A DNA stretch of 32,000 bases from Candidatus Arthromitus sp. SFB-rat-Yit (GTDB lineage Bacteria; Bacillota; Clostridia; Clostridiales; Clostridiaceae). The stretch spans positions 1,080,001 to 1,112,000 of the forward strand of contig NC_016012.1 in assembly GCF_000283555.1 (NCBI RefSeq). Direction: 5' to 3'. Under the pieces are notes generated by a model. That model was not told the origin of the DNA. It searched no databases and saw nothing but the letters and a program-made list of their open reading frames with translations. Position numbers and translations under genes: made by a program. Positions 1 to 8,255 of this stretch are shown here, piece after piece. Every line of letters begins with the position of its first letter. Positions within the stretch are counted from its first letter, which is position 1.

Positions 1-71
1 TATGGAACATACATCCTCTTATTTTTTCGAATACTACTCATAGCAAGTTTGAGATAAAAATTTATTTTCAT
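1..71 (-). CDS. ABC transporter permease (BceB-like), 5' end only, continues off left edge
   Basis: Not in the ORF track. Reverse strand from 71 reads MKINFYLKLAMSSIRKNKRMYVP..., overlapping the stop of the upstream ATPase gene by ATGA (69-71 start, 68-70 stop). N-terminus and position are typical of a BceB/FtsX-type permease following its ATPase. Confidence 0.7.
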   Translation of the reverse strand, partial: MKINFYLKLAMSSIRKNKRMYVP

Positions 72-853
72 TTTCTTGCTCCTCCTGTTATGAGTAAAGT
101 CAATGTATCTGAAATTTTTTGATAAAATTGATCATCTGTATCATCCCCACGATAAATTTGATGAAATACTTCTCCATCTTTAATAAATAAAACACGATTT
201 GCTACACTTGCAGCTCTAACCGAATGCGTTACCATTAGAATTGTTTGACCTATATTGTTAACCTCTACAAAAAGGCGAAGCAACTCATCAGTAGCTCTAG
301 AATCTAATGCACCCGTTGGTTCATCAGCAAGAATTATTTTAGGATTATTTATCATTGCCCGTGCAACAGCAGCTCTCTGCTTTTGACCTCCAGATACCTC
401 ATATGGATACTTTTTAAGAAGCTTGTGAATACCAAGTCGTTCTGATATTGATACCAAACGATCATGCATTTCTGTGTAATGTTTCCCTGCAAGTACGAGA
501 GGTAAATAAATATTATCCTCCAAAGTAAAAGTATCCAACAAATTAAAATCCTGAAATACAAATCCAAGATTATCTCTCCGAAAATTTGCAATAAATGATT
601 CCCTAATTTTAGAAATATCATTGCCATCTAAAATAACACTTCCACTTGTTGGCTTATCAATTGCTGCCATAATATTCAAAAGAGTACTCTTACCTGATCC
701 AGATTCGCCCATGATAGAAACAAACTCACCCTTCTCTACACTGAAATTTACATTTTTTAACACCTCAACTTTATTTCCCCCAAAACGAGTACTATAAACC
801 TTTTTTAAACTATTTACTTCCAAAATACTCATAGATGTTGTTCCTCCACTCAA
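68..853 (-). CDS. ABC transporter ATP-binding protein, BceA/LolD-like antimicrobial peptide or macrolide export family
   Basis: Walker A GESGSGKST, signature VSGGQKQR, Walker B IILADEPTGALDS, H-loop MVTHS. Adjacent to permease, histidine kinase and response regulator. Confidence 0.93.
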   Translation of the reverse strand: MSGGTTSMSILEVNSLKKVYSTRFGGNKVEVLKNVNFSVEKGEFVSIMGESGSGKSTLLNIMAAIDKPTSGSVILDGNDISKIRESFIANFRRDNLGFVFQDFNLLDTFTLEDNIYLPLVLAGKHYTEMHDRLVSISERLGIHKLLKKYPYEVSGGQKQRAAVARAMINNPKIILADEPTGALDSRATDELLRLFVEVNNIGQTILMVTHSVRAASVANRVLFIKDGEVFHQIYRGDDTDDQFYQKISDTLTLLITGGARK

Positions 854-944
854 TTTTATGATGTTATTTTAACAAAAAAGGGAAATGACCCACCATCGAT
901 TTGGCTTACATTTCCCAAGCTAAACCTTACATTTTTGTAAGGTA

Positions 945-1931
945 CTAATCTCTTTTAAAATTATTTTGTTCTAAATTAATATGTACTATTGTTCCCTTAT
1001 AAAGTTCAGATGTAACATAAATATCAATCTCAAGATTATTACAAATTCGTTTACAAAGGTAAAGTCCAATTCCACTAGCCTTTTTATAAATCCTTCCGTT
1101 ATATCCCGTATATCCCTTCTCAAAAATACGAGATAAATCTTCTGGTGCTATACCAATTCCTGTATCCTCAATACAAAGTATTGCACCTTTAATATAAATT
1201 TTAATACTACCCTTACGAGTATACTTCAAAGCATTAGACAAAAGCTGATCGATTACAAAAGAAAACCATTTCTCATCTGTTACAATTATTCTTTCTATAG
1301 CGTCATATTCAATCCTAATCTTACGATCAATAAACTCAGAAGCAAATCTTGCAATTGAATGCTTTATAATATCCCCAACATTATGTTTCCTAAAAACATA
1401 ATCATTATAATCTGACTCAAGTTTCATAAATGCTAAAACCATTTCAACATACTGACTTATTTGTGATAAATCCGAAGATAATTTCCTAGAAATTAAAGTA
1501 TCTTCATTTTGTAAAGTAAGCTGCATTGAAGTAATAGGTATCTTGATTTGATGTACCCATAAAGTATAATATTCCATAAGATTTTTGTAACGTTCAGATG
1601 TAGATGCATTTAATTGTGAGACTTCACTCTTCAAGGATTCTATAACTTCTTGGTAATCACTATCTTCAATGCATTCAATAGATGGCATATAAGAGATCAT
1701 ATCAGCTGTTAATTTTTTCATTATTATAATCTGATTATGTTTACGCATTTTATTTAAAAATCCTATGCAAATAAATACGACACCAAAAATCAAACATATT
1801 AATGACGGATATATGACAGCTTTAAGTGGTAAACGATATAAAATAAAACTAACAATGAAAAATAAACAAAATAAGGTCCACACAAGAATTCCTTTTCTAT
1901 GTTGTTTTATATATAACAAAAATAATTTCAT
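945..1931 (-). CDS. Sensor histidine kinase, BceS-like intramembrane-sensing type
   Basis: Two N-terminal TM segments with almost no extracellular loop, H-box WVHQIKIPI, N-box LLSNALKYT, G-boxes EDTGIGI and ASGIGLYLCK. Track start 1946 is slightly upstream; the ATG at 1931 (MKLFLLYIKQ) is preferred. Confidence 0.9.
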   Translation of the reverse strand: MKLFLLYIKQHRKGILVWTLFCLFFIVSFILYRLPLKAVIYPSLICLIFGVVFICIGFLNKMRKHNQIIIMKKLTADMISYMPSIECIEDSDYQEVIESLKSEVSQLNASTSERYKNLMEYYTLWVHQIKIPITSMQLTLQNEDTLISRKLSSDLSQISQYVEMVLAFMKLESDYNDYVFRKHNVGDIIKHSIARFASEFIDRKIRIEYDAIERIIVTDEKWFSFVIDQLLSNALKYTRKGSIKIYIKGAILCIEDTGIGIAPEDLSRIFEKGYTGYNGRIYKKASGIGLYLCKRICNNLEIDIYVTSELYKGTIVHINLEQNNFKRD

Positions 1932-1965
1932 TGAAACCTCTCTCATTTTAGTAATTCTCTAAATT

Positions 1966-2637
1966 TCACTCAACAATATATCCAACACCAACCCTAGTGG
2001 TAATAAAATTTTCAAGTCCTGAAGAATCTAATTTCTTTCGTAATCTATTAACATTAACTGTCAGTGTATTTTCATCAATAAAAGATTCTGTTTTCCATAA
2101 TCTTTCCATAATTTTTTCTCTACTTACAACCTTACCCTTATTCTCCATAAGACATAAAAGAATTCTATATTCATTTTTTGTAAGAGCTATCTTATTATTA
2201 TTAAACGTAAGCGTATCATCCTCCATATTCAAAAATGCACCTCTGTGCTCCAACACCGAAACACTCTGTATAAAATCATAGGCTCTACGTAACATAGCCT
2301 GTACCTTTGCCACCAACACATTCATATCAAAAGGTTTAGCTATAAAATCATCTGCCCCCATATTCATTGCCATTACAATATTCATGTTATCAGACGCAGA
2401 GGATATAAATATAATCGGAATATTTGAAATTTTTCGAATTTCCCTACACCAATGATATCCATCGAAAAATGGAAGAGAAATATCAAGCAAAACAATATGT
2501 GGATTATAAGATTTAAAATCAGTAAGAACCATCCTAAAATCCTCTATAACATATAAATCCAAATCCCACATCTTCATTTTCTCTTTAATTGCCTCAGCAA
2601 TTCTAAAATCATCTTCAACAATTAACAATCTATACAT
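1966..2637 (-). CDS. Response regulator, OmpR/PhoB (BceR-like) family
   Basis: Receiver domain (VEDDFRIAE, PHIVLLDISLP, ISSA, GADDFIAKPF) plus winged-helix DNA-binding domain. Track start 2718 adds a non-homologous 27-residue extension; MYRLLIVEDD starts at 2637. Confidence 0.9.
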   Translation of the reverse strand: MYRLLIVEDDFRIAEAIKEKMKMWDLDLYVIEDFRMVLTDFKSYNPHIVLLDISLPFFDGYHWCREIRKISNIPIIFISSASDNMNIVMAMNMGADDFIAKPFDMNVLVAKVQAMLRRAYDFIQSVSVLEHRGAFLNMEDDTLTFNNNKIALTKNEYRILLCLMENKGKVVSREKIMERLWKTESFIDENTLTVNVNRLRKKLDSSGLENFITTRVGVGYIVE

Positions 2638-2701
2638 TTTACATACCATTCCCCACCAAAAATTTTCACATAAAATGATATTAACTTTAAAAATAAAAAC
2701 A

Positions 2702-2724
2702 CCGTAACTGAAAATCAATTACGG
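2702..2724 (-). terminator. Rho-independent terminator downstream of tRNA-Arg
   Basis: Stem CCGTAA/TTACGG with 11-nt loop, followed on the minus strand by TGTTTTTATTTTT. Confidence 0.65.
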
Positions 2725-2731
2725 CATTTTT

Positions 2732-2808
2732 TGGCGCACCTAGCAGGGTTCGAACCTGCGACCTTTGGATTCGAAGTCCAACACTCTATCCAGCTGAGCT
2801 ATAGATGC
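2732..2808 (-). tRNA. tRNA-Arg, anticodon TCG (CCA encoded)
   Basis: Reverse complement GCATCTATAGCTCAGCTGGATAGAGTGTTGGACTTCGAATCCAAAGGTCGCAGGTTCGAACCCTGCTAGGTGCGCCA folds as a cloverleaf: acceptor GCATCTA/TAGGTGC, anticodon stem TTGGA/TCCAA with loop CTTCGAA, T arm GCAGG-TTCGAAC-CCTGC. Confidence 0.96.
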
Positions 2809-2820
2809 AAAGTATAAGTA

Positions 2821-2850
2821 ATTATACTAAAAATATCTTACCAAATTCAA
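2821..2850 (-). promoter_or_regulatory. Sigma-A-type promoter for tRNA-Arg
   Basis: Minus strand TTGAAT - 18 nt - TATAAT, about 12 nt upstream of the mature tRNA 5' end. Confidence 0.55.
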
Positions 2851-2877
2851 TACATTACAATCATAAAAAATTTAATT

Positions 2878-3210
2878 TTATATTTCCTCAAAATCTATAA
2901 GTGGTATTATGTTAATTAAAGGCTCATCATATGGATGAATATTTTTTATTTTCTCAATCACCATTTTTAAATCTTCTTTATTACAAATGGCTTCAACTTT
3001 ATTTTCGAGGACCTCACAAAGTTTATTTTCAAATCCTAAATATGGATTTGATCCTTCAAGAGGTCTAAACACCCCTTTAACCTCAGATACACAAACACAA
3101 TTATCATAATTTCCAACCTTACCGACTCCTGTAGAATTTAAAAGTTCACGTATCTTATCTGTAAAATTGTATGGTATATATACCTCAATTTTAAATCTTT
3201 TAAACTGCAT
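2878..3210 (-). CDS. YqfO/NIF3-family CutA-like domain protein (stand-alone)
   Basis: Family-typical pattern: IEVYIPYNFTDKIRELLNSTGVGKVGNYDNCVCVSEVKGVFRPLEGSNPYLG ... IHPYDEPLINIIPL. Confidence 0.75.
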   Translation of the reverse strand: MQFKRFKIEVYIPYNFTDKIRELLNSTGVGKVGNYDNCVCVSEVKGVFRPLEGSNPYLGFENKLCEVLENKVEAICNKEDLKMVIEKIKNIHPYDEPLINIIPLIDFEEI

Positions 3211-3275
3211 AAAAACTCCTTAACACCTTCAAAAGAAAACCATTATAAAACTGTTTTCTTAAATTTGTATTTATT

Positions 3276-4034
3276 TTACCGGATATTGTTGAGCATTGAC
3301 CACATTTCGTCTGCTGTGTTTATCCCCTTCGTTGCCATTTGGTATGCTCTTTGTGCAAGAATCATCTCGGTCATCTCTTGTGCAACATCAACATTTGACA
3401 TTTCAAGATGTCCCTGATAAAAATCTGATTGCACTTGAAACATTATAACATTTTCTCCAGAAGGAACAAAGCTATTCTCTCCCTTAGATATCAAATCTCC
3501 ATTACCAACCGCATCATAAAGATTTATCTTACAAATCCATTTACCATCAGATGTTGAAACCAATCCATTCTTATCTACAATCATATTTTTTGCTGAAAGT
3601 CCTGTGTTCATCGAATCTACTCCGTCAAAATAAGAAACCTCAACCAAATTTCCATTTTTATCAGTAATCCTTCCAAATGTATCAACATTCATAGCTCCAC
3701 TTCTAGTATAAGACACTTGTCCATTGCCATCAGTTATTTTAAAAAATCCATTACCATCTATAGCAATATCTGTATTAATTCCAGTTGGCTGAAGTGATCC
3801 TTGAGATTTATTTCTTCCAATACCTGTTAATTTAACTCCGTTTCCAATCGATGAATTTAATTCTGTTACTGGTACTCCCTTTATATTTAAATCTTTGTGA
3901 AACAAGCTCGAAAATGAACTATCAATTTTTTTATAACCGTGAGTATTTATATTTACCATATTATTAGAAATTATATCTAGCTTCTGTTGCTGTGCTATCA
4001 TTCCACTTTTACTATTGTTAAGGATATAAAACAT
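3276..4034 (-). CDS. Flagellar hook-basal body rod protein, FlgF/FlgG family
   Basis: N-terminal SNNMVNINTHGYKK, central YTRSGAMNVDTFGRITDKNGN, C-terminal NVDVAQEMTEMILAQRAYQMATKGINTADEM. Confidence 0.88.
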   Translation of the reverse strand: MFYILNNSKSGMIAQQQKLDIISNNMVNINTHGYKKIDSSFSSLFHKDLNIKGVPVTELNSSIGNGVKLTGIGRNKSQGSLQPTGINTDIAIDGNGFFKITDGNGQVSYTRSGAMNVDTFGRITDKNGNLVEVSYFDGVDSMNTGLSAKNMIVDKNGLVSTSDGKWICKINLYDAVGNGDLISKGENSFVPSGENVIMFQVQSDFYQGHLEMSNVDVAQEMTEMILAQRAYQMATKGINTADEMWSMLNNIR

Positions 4035-4065
4035 ATTTTACACCTCCTACTTAAATAATTTTAAA

Positions 4066-4827
4066 TTAAACTTTCCCAATATCATTTGCAGAAATACGTA
4101 AACTTTCATCCAAATATCCAAGTATCTTCATAGTACTTTCAAAACTTCTAAGAGTATTTGTTAAATTTACCATTTCAATCGCTGGATCAACTTCAGAAAC
4201 TTCAATATTATTATTACGAACCTTCGAAGTTAATATCTCCGTTACTCCATCTCCTTTATATAAATTGTTCCCAACTTTTTCTATAGTTTGCTTATCTTGA
4301 AAATCTGAAATCCTAATTCTATAATAAGCTTGATTATCTACAATTAAATTGTTATATCCATCCACAGAAATATTCGTTGCAAGTCCAACATTAATTGGTT
4401 CATAATTTCCATTTCTTAAATTCACTCCCATAACCGAAGCTCCTGTTGAAGTTTTTAAATTCCCAATTTCATCAAGAACAAAAGATCCATCTCTGGTATA
4501 ATACTCTTGACCTCCTTGAATAACTGTAAAAAATCCATCTCCAATAAGAGCAAAATCTGTAAATTTATCCGTTTGTTTTAAACTTCCTTGATCAAATTTC
4601 GTTCTAGTAGAATCTATCTTTGATCCAATAGACATTCCTCCCAAATTTTTAAAACTGCTAAATCCATTATCTTTGTTAGCCATCATAACTTTATCAAACT
4701 GAGAAATAATTAAATCATCAGGCTTAAATCCAGGTGTACTTATATTGGTTAGATTATTTGTTATGACAGCTTGCTTAGCTTCAAGACTTACAAGTCCAGA
4801 AATAGCTGTATACATTCCTCTAATCAT
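4066..4827 (-). CDS. Flagellar basal-body rod protein, FlgF/FlgG family (second paralog)
   Basis: N-terminal MIRGMYTAISGLVSLEAKQAVITNNLTNISTPGFK, YYTRDGSFVLDEIGNLKTSTG, C-terminal EVDPAIEMVNLTNTLRSFESTMKIL. Confidence 0.87.
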   Translation of the reverse strand: MIRGMYTAISGLVSLEAKQAVITNNLTNISTPGFKPDDLIISQFDKVMMANKDNGFSSFKNLGGMSIGSKIDSTRTKFDQGSLKQTDKFTDFALIGDGFFTVIQGGQEYYTRDGSFVLDEIGNLKTSTGASVMGVNLRNGNYEPINVGLATNISVDGYNNLIVDNQAYYRIRISDFQDKQTIEKVGNNLYKGDGVTEILTSKVRNNNIEVSEVDPAIEMVNLTNTLRSFESTMKILGYLDESLRISANDIGKV

Positions 4828-4839
4828 AGTCTTACCTCA

Positions 4840-5088
4840 TTAACTATCATTATTTTGTTTTTGGATGTTATCCAAAGATGCCTTAATTTCCTCAATCTCT
4901 TTTTGAATTTCAAAAATTGTTTCTCCTATTTCATGTCTAAATGAAATTAAATCAGACTTTGTGACATTATCTCCAAAATCTGATTTATTTATTAATTCTG
5001 CAAATTTGCCTTTATTTTTTTGATTATTCATAATCTTTTCTATAACAAAACAACAAACTATTAATCCAAATGACAAAAATATTAACAC
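4840..5088 (-). CDS. Small membrane-anchored coiled-coil protein in flagellar operon, hypothetical
   Basis: Intact ORF in operon order, N-terminal TM segment then predicted coiled coil IGETIFEIQKEIEEIKASLDNIQKQ. Confidence 0.5.
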   Translation of the reverse strand: MLIFLSFGLIVCCFVIEKIMNNQKNKGKFAELINKSDFGDNVTKSDLISFRHEIGETIFEIQKEIEEIKASLDNIQKQNNDS

Positions 5089-5115
5089 TAGGTCTTTCCC
5101 CTCCTAATAGGATTA

Positions 5116-5925
5116 CTAATTATAAATTCGTTTGTCATAATAATATTTTTCCATAATAGTTTTCAAATTTTTAAGAGCCCTATTATGAATTTGACACACT
5201 CTAGACTCTGATACTTTTAATATTTTTCCAATTTCTTTAAGAGTCATACACTTTATATAATAATAGTAAATAACTTTTTTATCTTTTTCTCTCAAGCTAT
5301 CTATTGCTTGTCCTAAATATTCAACAACTTCTTTATCTTCAAGAGCACTCTCAGGGTTTGGACTATTTGTATCTTTTATTGTGTTTATAAGAGAAATATT
5401 ATCATCATCCGAAAATATCATGTTCTCCAAAGACACTTTCGATACATAGTTAACATAATTTTCAATAGTACCTACCTCACCAACAGAAAGATCAAGGTAA
5501 TTTGCTATATCCAAAACCCCGGGCTCTCTCATCAAAGTATTTCTAAGCACTTCTACTGCTTTGTTATACTTATTTAACTTGTCCGCAATTCCCTTAGATA
5601 CAGGACTATTTTTTCTTATCTCATCAATCATAGCTCCCTTAATTCTAATAGAAGCATAAGTTGAAAATTTCATTCCCTTACTTTTGTCAAACTTACTAAT
5701 TGCGTCCATTAATCCAATCATTCCATATCCTACTAAATCATCAAATTCCATATATTTTGATTTTCCCGTTATCACCTTAGATGCTATATACATAACAATA
5801 GGGATATAATTTTCAACAACTATATCATCATTATCTATCTTTTTAATGCTTGTACTCATTTCAGATTCATCATTGTAGTCATTTTGTTTTTTACTGTCCT
5901 CAACCTTAGTAACATCTGCTATCAT
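5116..5925 (-). CDS. fliA: RNA polymerase sigma factor of the FliA/SigD/WhiG (sigma-28) type
   Basis: Region 2 DLVGYGMIGLMDAISKFDKSKGMKFSTYASIRIKGAMIDEIR, region 4 YYIKCMTLKEIGKILKVSESRVCQIHNRALKNLK. Start set at 5925 with AGGAGG upstream; the track start is 5955. Confidence 0.92.
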   Translation of the reverse strand: MIADVTKVEDSKKQNDYNDESEMSTSIKKIDNDDIVVENYIPIVMYIASKVITGKSKYMEFDDLVGYGMIGLMDAISKFDKSKGMKFSTYASIRIKGAMIDEIRKNSPVSKGIADKLNKYNKAVEVLRNTLMREPGVLDIANYLDLSVGEVGTIENYVNYVSKVSLENMIFSDDDNISLINTIKDTNSPNPESALEDKEVVEYLGQAIDSLREKDKKVIYYYYIKCMTLKEIGKILKVSESRVCQIHNRALKNLKTIMEKYYYDKRIYN

Positions 5926-5974
5926 AATAAATTTCCTCCTAAGTTCTCCAATCATTCCCCCATTTTGAAAATTT

Positions 5975-6709
5975 TTAGTCTAAAACATTAATAATAAAAT
6001 CCAAAAAATTAGAATTCTTACTTCCATATTCGTTAATCGTATTTAAATAAATTTTTTCAGCTATTTTATAAAGCTCTATATTCAAAAATTTTTTATCTAT
6101 CAAATCCAGTATTTTAAACTTTACACCACATTTTTTTGTGATAATATCTGTAAGATTTTCAAAATAATTTTTCCAATCTAAATCTTGCGTATAATCTATC
6201 AAAATAATCTGAACTTCTTGTCCACTTAATTTTCCATAACCAATTTTTTCAGTGATTCTATTTAAACTGTCCTCTGTATTATTTGCTAAAATCAAAATAT
6301 TATCACTAATTTTTGAAATTTTAGAATAAACTTGTTCAAAGATGTCCGTAGCATCTAAAAGGATGAGATCTAAATTTTTAAATTGTTGTTCACTCATAAA
6401 TCCACCAATTTTTAAAATTTCTTGATTATATTTACTTTTAAAAATATTATCTGAAAAAATATTTCTACCGATTAATTTATTTGTCTCACCTTCAACAAAT
6501 TTAATACATTTATCTTCATGATTTTCATCATTAAAATCCCTAAATATCACACTTTCCTTGCTCCGTGATATACTTTTACTAATTACATCTAATAAAGCTT
6601 CATTATCATTGTCTGTACAATTTATAAACCCTATAACCTGCAAAGTCTTTTGAAGAGCACTAGCGCTCCTCAAAAGACTTACAAGTGAGCTTGCTTGACT
6701 TCCAATCAT
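5975..6709 (-). CDS. Degenerate FlhG/MinD-like protein lacking the P-loop
   Basis: Sits exactly between flhF and sigma-28 gene, where flhG normally is. N-terminus SQASSLVSLLRSASALQKTLQVIGFIN resembles the DQAxxLRxL..VIAVTSGK pattern of FlhG, but the GKGGVGK segment is absent; LDLILLDATD occupies the place of a Walker B-like region. Confidence 0.6.
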   Translation of the reverse strand: MIGSQASSLVSLLRSASALQKTLQVIGFINCTDNDNEALLDVISKSISRSKESVIFRDFNDENHEDKCIKFVEGETNKLIGRNIFSDNIFKSKYNQEILKIGGFMSEQQFKNLDLILLDATDIFEQVYSKISKISDNILILANNTEDSLNRITEKIGYGKLSGQEVQIILIDYTQDLDWKNYFENLTDIITKKCGVKFKILDLIDKKFLNIELYKIAEKIYLNTINEYGSKNSNFLDFIINVLD

Positions 6710-6716
6710 AACTCTC

Positions 6717-8255
6717 TTATTCTCCTAAAATCATATCTAAAATTTCCTCTTTATTTGGTTGCTTAATATCTAGCGGAACATCTTGACCAACTGTAACAAA
6801 ACTTATTGGCAAAGATGTTTTATAACAAATATTTACAAACATACCAAAACTATTTGTTTCATCTAACTTTGTTACTATAACATTTTTAAATTTGATGCCT
6901 TTAAATGAATTTATAAATCCGTCTAAATCTTGCTGTTTCATTCCGGCACTAACAACAAGTGTCACTTCGTCTGATTGAATAGATTGAACAAACATATTAA
7001 GTTCATTTAAATGTATAATATTTTTGTTACTTCTTCCTATCGTATCTACTAAAACAACTTCACACGATTTCATATAATCAAAAACATTTCTTATATCCTC
7101 AAGAGTCGTAACATATTTGTACGGTATATTCATAATGTCTGCGTACATTTTCAATTGTTCAACAGCTCCAACTCTAAACGTGTCTATCGTAACTAATCCT
7201 ACACTCTTGTTTAAATTTAGAGAAAGCATACCCGCAAGTTTTGCAATAGTTGTTGTTTTCCCAGAACCCGTTGGTCCAACTACTACTACTTTGCTTGAAA
7301 TATTAGAGTCATAAATCTTAATTATGTTTGAAAAAATTCCCCTTAAATATTTTTTGACTGCCGATTTATTCATAAGCTCATCTTTTGTTAATGTACAGCT
7401 TGCTCTAATTTCATCACAAAGATCTTTGCATATATCTTGGCTATACAAAATTTCATCTAAATAACTTGGTGATGGTTTAGAAGTCGCAATTTCTCCTACA
7501 ATATTTTTAATCTCATGTATTTCTTTCTTCAATTCATCAAGTGTACAGTTTTTATTATCTCCAATATTACTTTGTTTTATTAAATCAGCGTAATTATTTA
7601 TTGCTTCATTTTGATTTTCATTGATTTGGTTTTGATTCGTAATGTTATTAATCTTAGATACCTCATAATTTGAATCTAAATTGAAATCCATGATAGATGA
7701 ATTAGATTTCATATTGTAATTTTCTAACCTGTTCTTACTTTCCATATTAAATGGATTAATGTTAGCATTTTGATTAACATATGCTGATCCATCTTTGATT
7801 TGATTTGAAAACATATTTTCTGAAAAACCATTAAGTTCTTTGTGTTTCTCCTCGAACAATTTATTGTAATAACTCATAGATTGACTTTGTTCTTGGGGTT
7901 TATAAATATTTGATTGAAAAGAACTTGTCAAAGGTACATTCATATTTGTATTTTTAAAATTCGTTGCATTGTTTAATCCATTTATATCAGTCTGTGATTG
8001 TGCTTGATTAGAAGCTACCGAATTAAAATTGGCACTATTATCAAACTCATCCCCAGGTAATAATCTATTTTCATTAGTATTTGTAGGATTTACAACTCCT
8101 ACCGTAACTTCCAACTTTTTATTTGTAAAAAGTCCTTTTATACCTGGTTGTCTGACTTGCTTTTTACTTATTATGTAAGCATCATCACCAAGCTCATGTT
8201 TAATACAAAATAAAGCCTCATTTATGTCATCTACTAAATACTTTCTAATTATCAT
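6717..8255 (-). CDS. flhF: Flagellar biosynthesis GTPase FlhF
   Basis: SRP-type GTPase domain: VVVVGPTGSGKTTTIAKLA, LVTIDTFRVGAVEQLKMYADIM, VVLVDTIGRS, VTKLDET. N-terminal MIIRKYLVDDINEALFCIKHELGDDAYIISKKQV. Confidence 0.95.
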   Translation of the reverse strand: MIIRKYLVDDINEALFCIKHELGDDAYIISKKQVRQPGIKGLFTNKKLEVTVGVVNPTNTNENRLLPGDEFDNSANFNSVASNQAQSQTDINGLNNATNFKNTNMNVPLTSSFQSNIYKPQEQSQSMSYYNKLFEEKHKELNGFSENMFSNQIKDGSAYVNQNANINPFNMESKNRLENYNMKSNSSIMDFNLDSNYEVSKINNITNQNQINENQNEAINNYADLIKQSNIGDNKNCTLDELKKEIHEIKNIVGEIATSKPSPSYLDEILYSQDICKDLCDEIRASCTLTKDELMNKSAVKKYLRGIFSNIIKIYDSNISSKVVVVGPTGSGKTTTIAKLAGMLSLNLNKSVGLVTIDTFRVGAVEQLKMYADIMNIPYKYVTTLEDIRNVFDYMKSCEVVLVDTIGRSNKNIIHLNELNMFVQSIQSDEVTLVVSAGMKQQDLDGFINSFKGIKFKNVIVTKLDETNSFGMFVNICYKTSLPISFVTVGQDVPLDIKQPNKEEILDMILGE

